Shown here piece by piece: positions 63,248 to 64,000 of a stretch of DNA of 64,000 bases. The stretch's first letter is position 1. The number at the start of each line of letters is the position of its first letter. Location of the stretch: positions 352,001 through 416,000 of the forward strand of contig CAVWHO010000020.1 of assembly GCA_963754875.1 (NCBI GenBank). The letters are read 5' to 3'. The notes under the pieces were generated by a model. It was not told the DNA's origin. It saw nothing but the letters and a program-made list of their open reading frames with translations, and made no database searches. Source of the stretch: Nitrospirota bacterium (GTDB taxonomy: Bacteria > Nitrospirota > UBA9217). The position numbers were made by a program, and so were the translations under genes.

Positions 63248-63620
63248 TAGCACAGGTTGAATATTTTAAGGTTGTGCGGCAGGACGTCCGCCGTGGGATT
63301 GAATTTAACGCAGCGGAATTCCAAACACTCAAAACAGAAGTCGAGCCCTCGTTCTGTCGCGCATGCGTAGGTTACGCATGTGCCTTCGACGAACTGGTTC
63401 TTCCCCTTAGCCGGCCTGCATCCCGGACAAGGGGCCCCGTTCCATTTCGTCTTCTTAATCAGTACCTGCCGCAGAGACGGATCGTCCTTGACCTTGTAAG
63501 CCGGGCAGGTCCCGCAATGCATCCCTCATGGCGAACTAGAGTAATGTCGTCTTTTGTCTTCATGGAAGAAGCCTCCTTTTTGTTTTCTTCTATCCGTTAG
63601 ACCGGCTCGGAGGCGATAGG

Positions 63621-64000
63621 TTACAAAAGATCAGGAAAAATAAACCACTCTTTGTTTCGAATACCTTCACGGATTCTTTGAGCAAAAGATTCGTCAGCCC
63701 TGTCCCGGTAAAGGTCGTGGTAAAAATCACGCAACGTTTTCATTTTCCTGAAATCTTCCCTTGCTTGGATGGTAATAGGAGGAAGGGGATTGACTGAAGC
63801 CTCTTTTGAAATCCAGCCCTGCGACAGGCCGAAACGAACGAACTGCCTACAATTACAGGGATTGGATTTCTTGATAAATTGACATCTGTTTTCCATGTAG
63901 CCGAACCATCTTTTCTTGGCACGATGAAGCGTAGTTTTGACCGAGCTTACTGAGCAGTCGAGAATTTCGGCAACGAGTTTCTGAGGCAGACCTACAGTGA
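63621..64000 (-). CDS. ECF sigma factor, C-terminal part (cut by window edge) with Cys-rich extension
   Basis: Region-4-like GLPQKLVAEILDCSVSSVKTTLHRAK then RCQFI...NPCNC. Confidence 0.75.
   Translation of the reverse strand, partial: TVGLPQKLVAEILDCSVSSVKTTLHRAKKRWFGYMENRCQFIKKSNPCNCRQFVRFGLSQGWISKEASVNPLPPITIQAREDFRKMKTLRDFYHDLYRDRADESFAQRIREGIRNKEWFIFPDLL

Larger units (their letters stand above)
61932..63563 (-). pseudogene. Cys-rich DUF3795-like gene interrupted by IS630 and further decayed
   Basis: CGTCPAY, CPGCR, CFEC up to FNLCY at the IS end; remainder LKQHG...YYNGRMVVGKGP beyond the IS with extra indels and a stop. Confidence 0.7.

Overview
Bacterial accessory/chromosomal mosaic; gene style suggests a Nitrospirota- or Desulfobacterota-like organism, which cannot be proven from this window. 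Left to right: TolC/MFP/RND efflux operon with an OmpR-type two-component pair; MacB-like permease; a ~300-nt ORF-free, hairpin-rich candidate ncRNA; galE; PilZ and PAS histidine-kinase signalling genes; a defence/mobile patch (HUH Y1/RAYT-like transposase flanked by a REP-like motif, zeta-like ATPase pair, a small RNA, an IS1111-type IS110 element inserted in a copy of the same motif and carrying two target-binding-loop-like modules, PIN/RHH and RES/Xre toxin-antitoxins, orphan hsdM, an in-frame IS200/IS605-type MITE); a mercury cluster (merA plus a probable selenocysteine thioredoxin-MerB fusion with SECIS-like hairpin); YhiI/RbbA/YhhJ-like ABC export; LpxR next to a probable ceramide synthesis cluster (reductase, SPT, bCerS-like GNAT, PAP2); a large pseudo-transglutaminase with an AT-rich C-terminus and partner gene (candidate polymorphic toxin); complete IS21 and IS630 elements. 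Four otherwise intact genes carry single-base frameshifts that may be assembly errors. No rRNA, intact tRNA or CRISPR array seen. All family calls are by eye from motifs; no searches were run.
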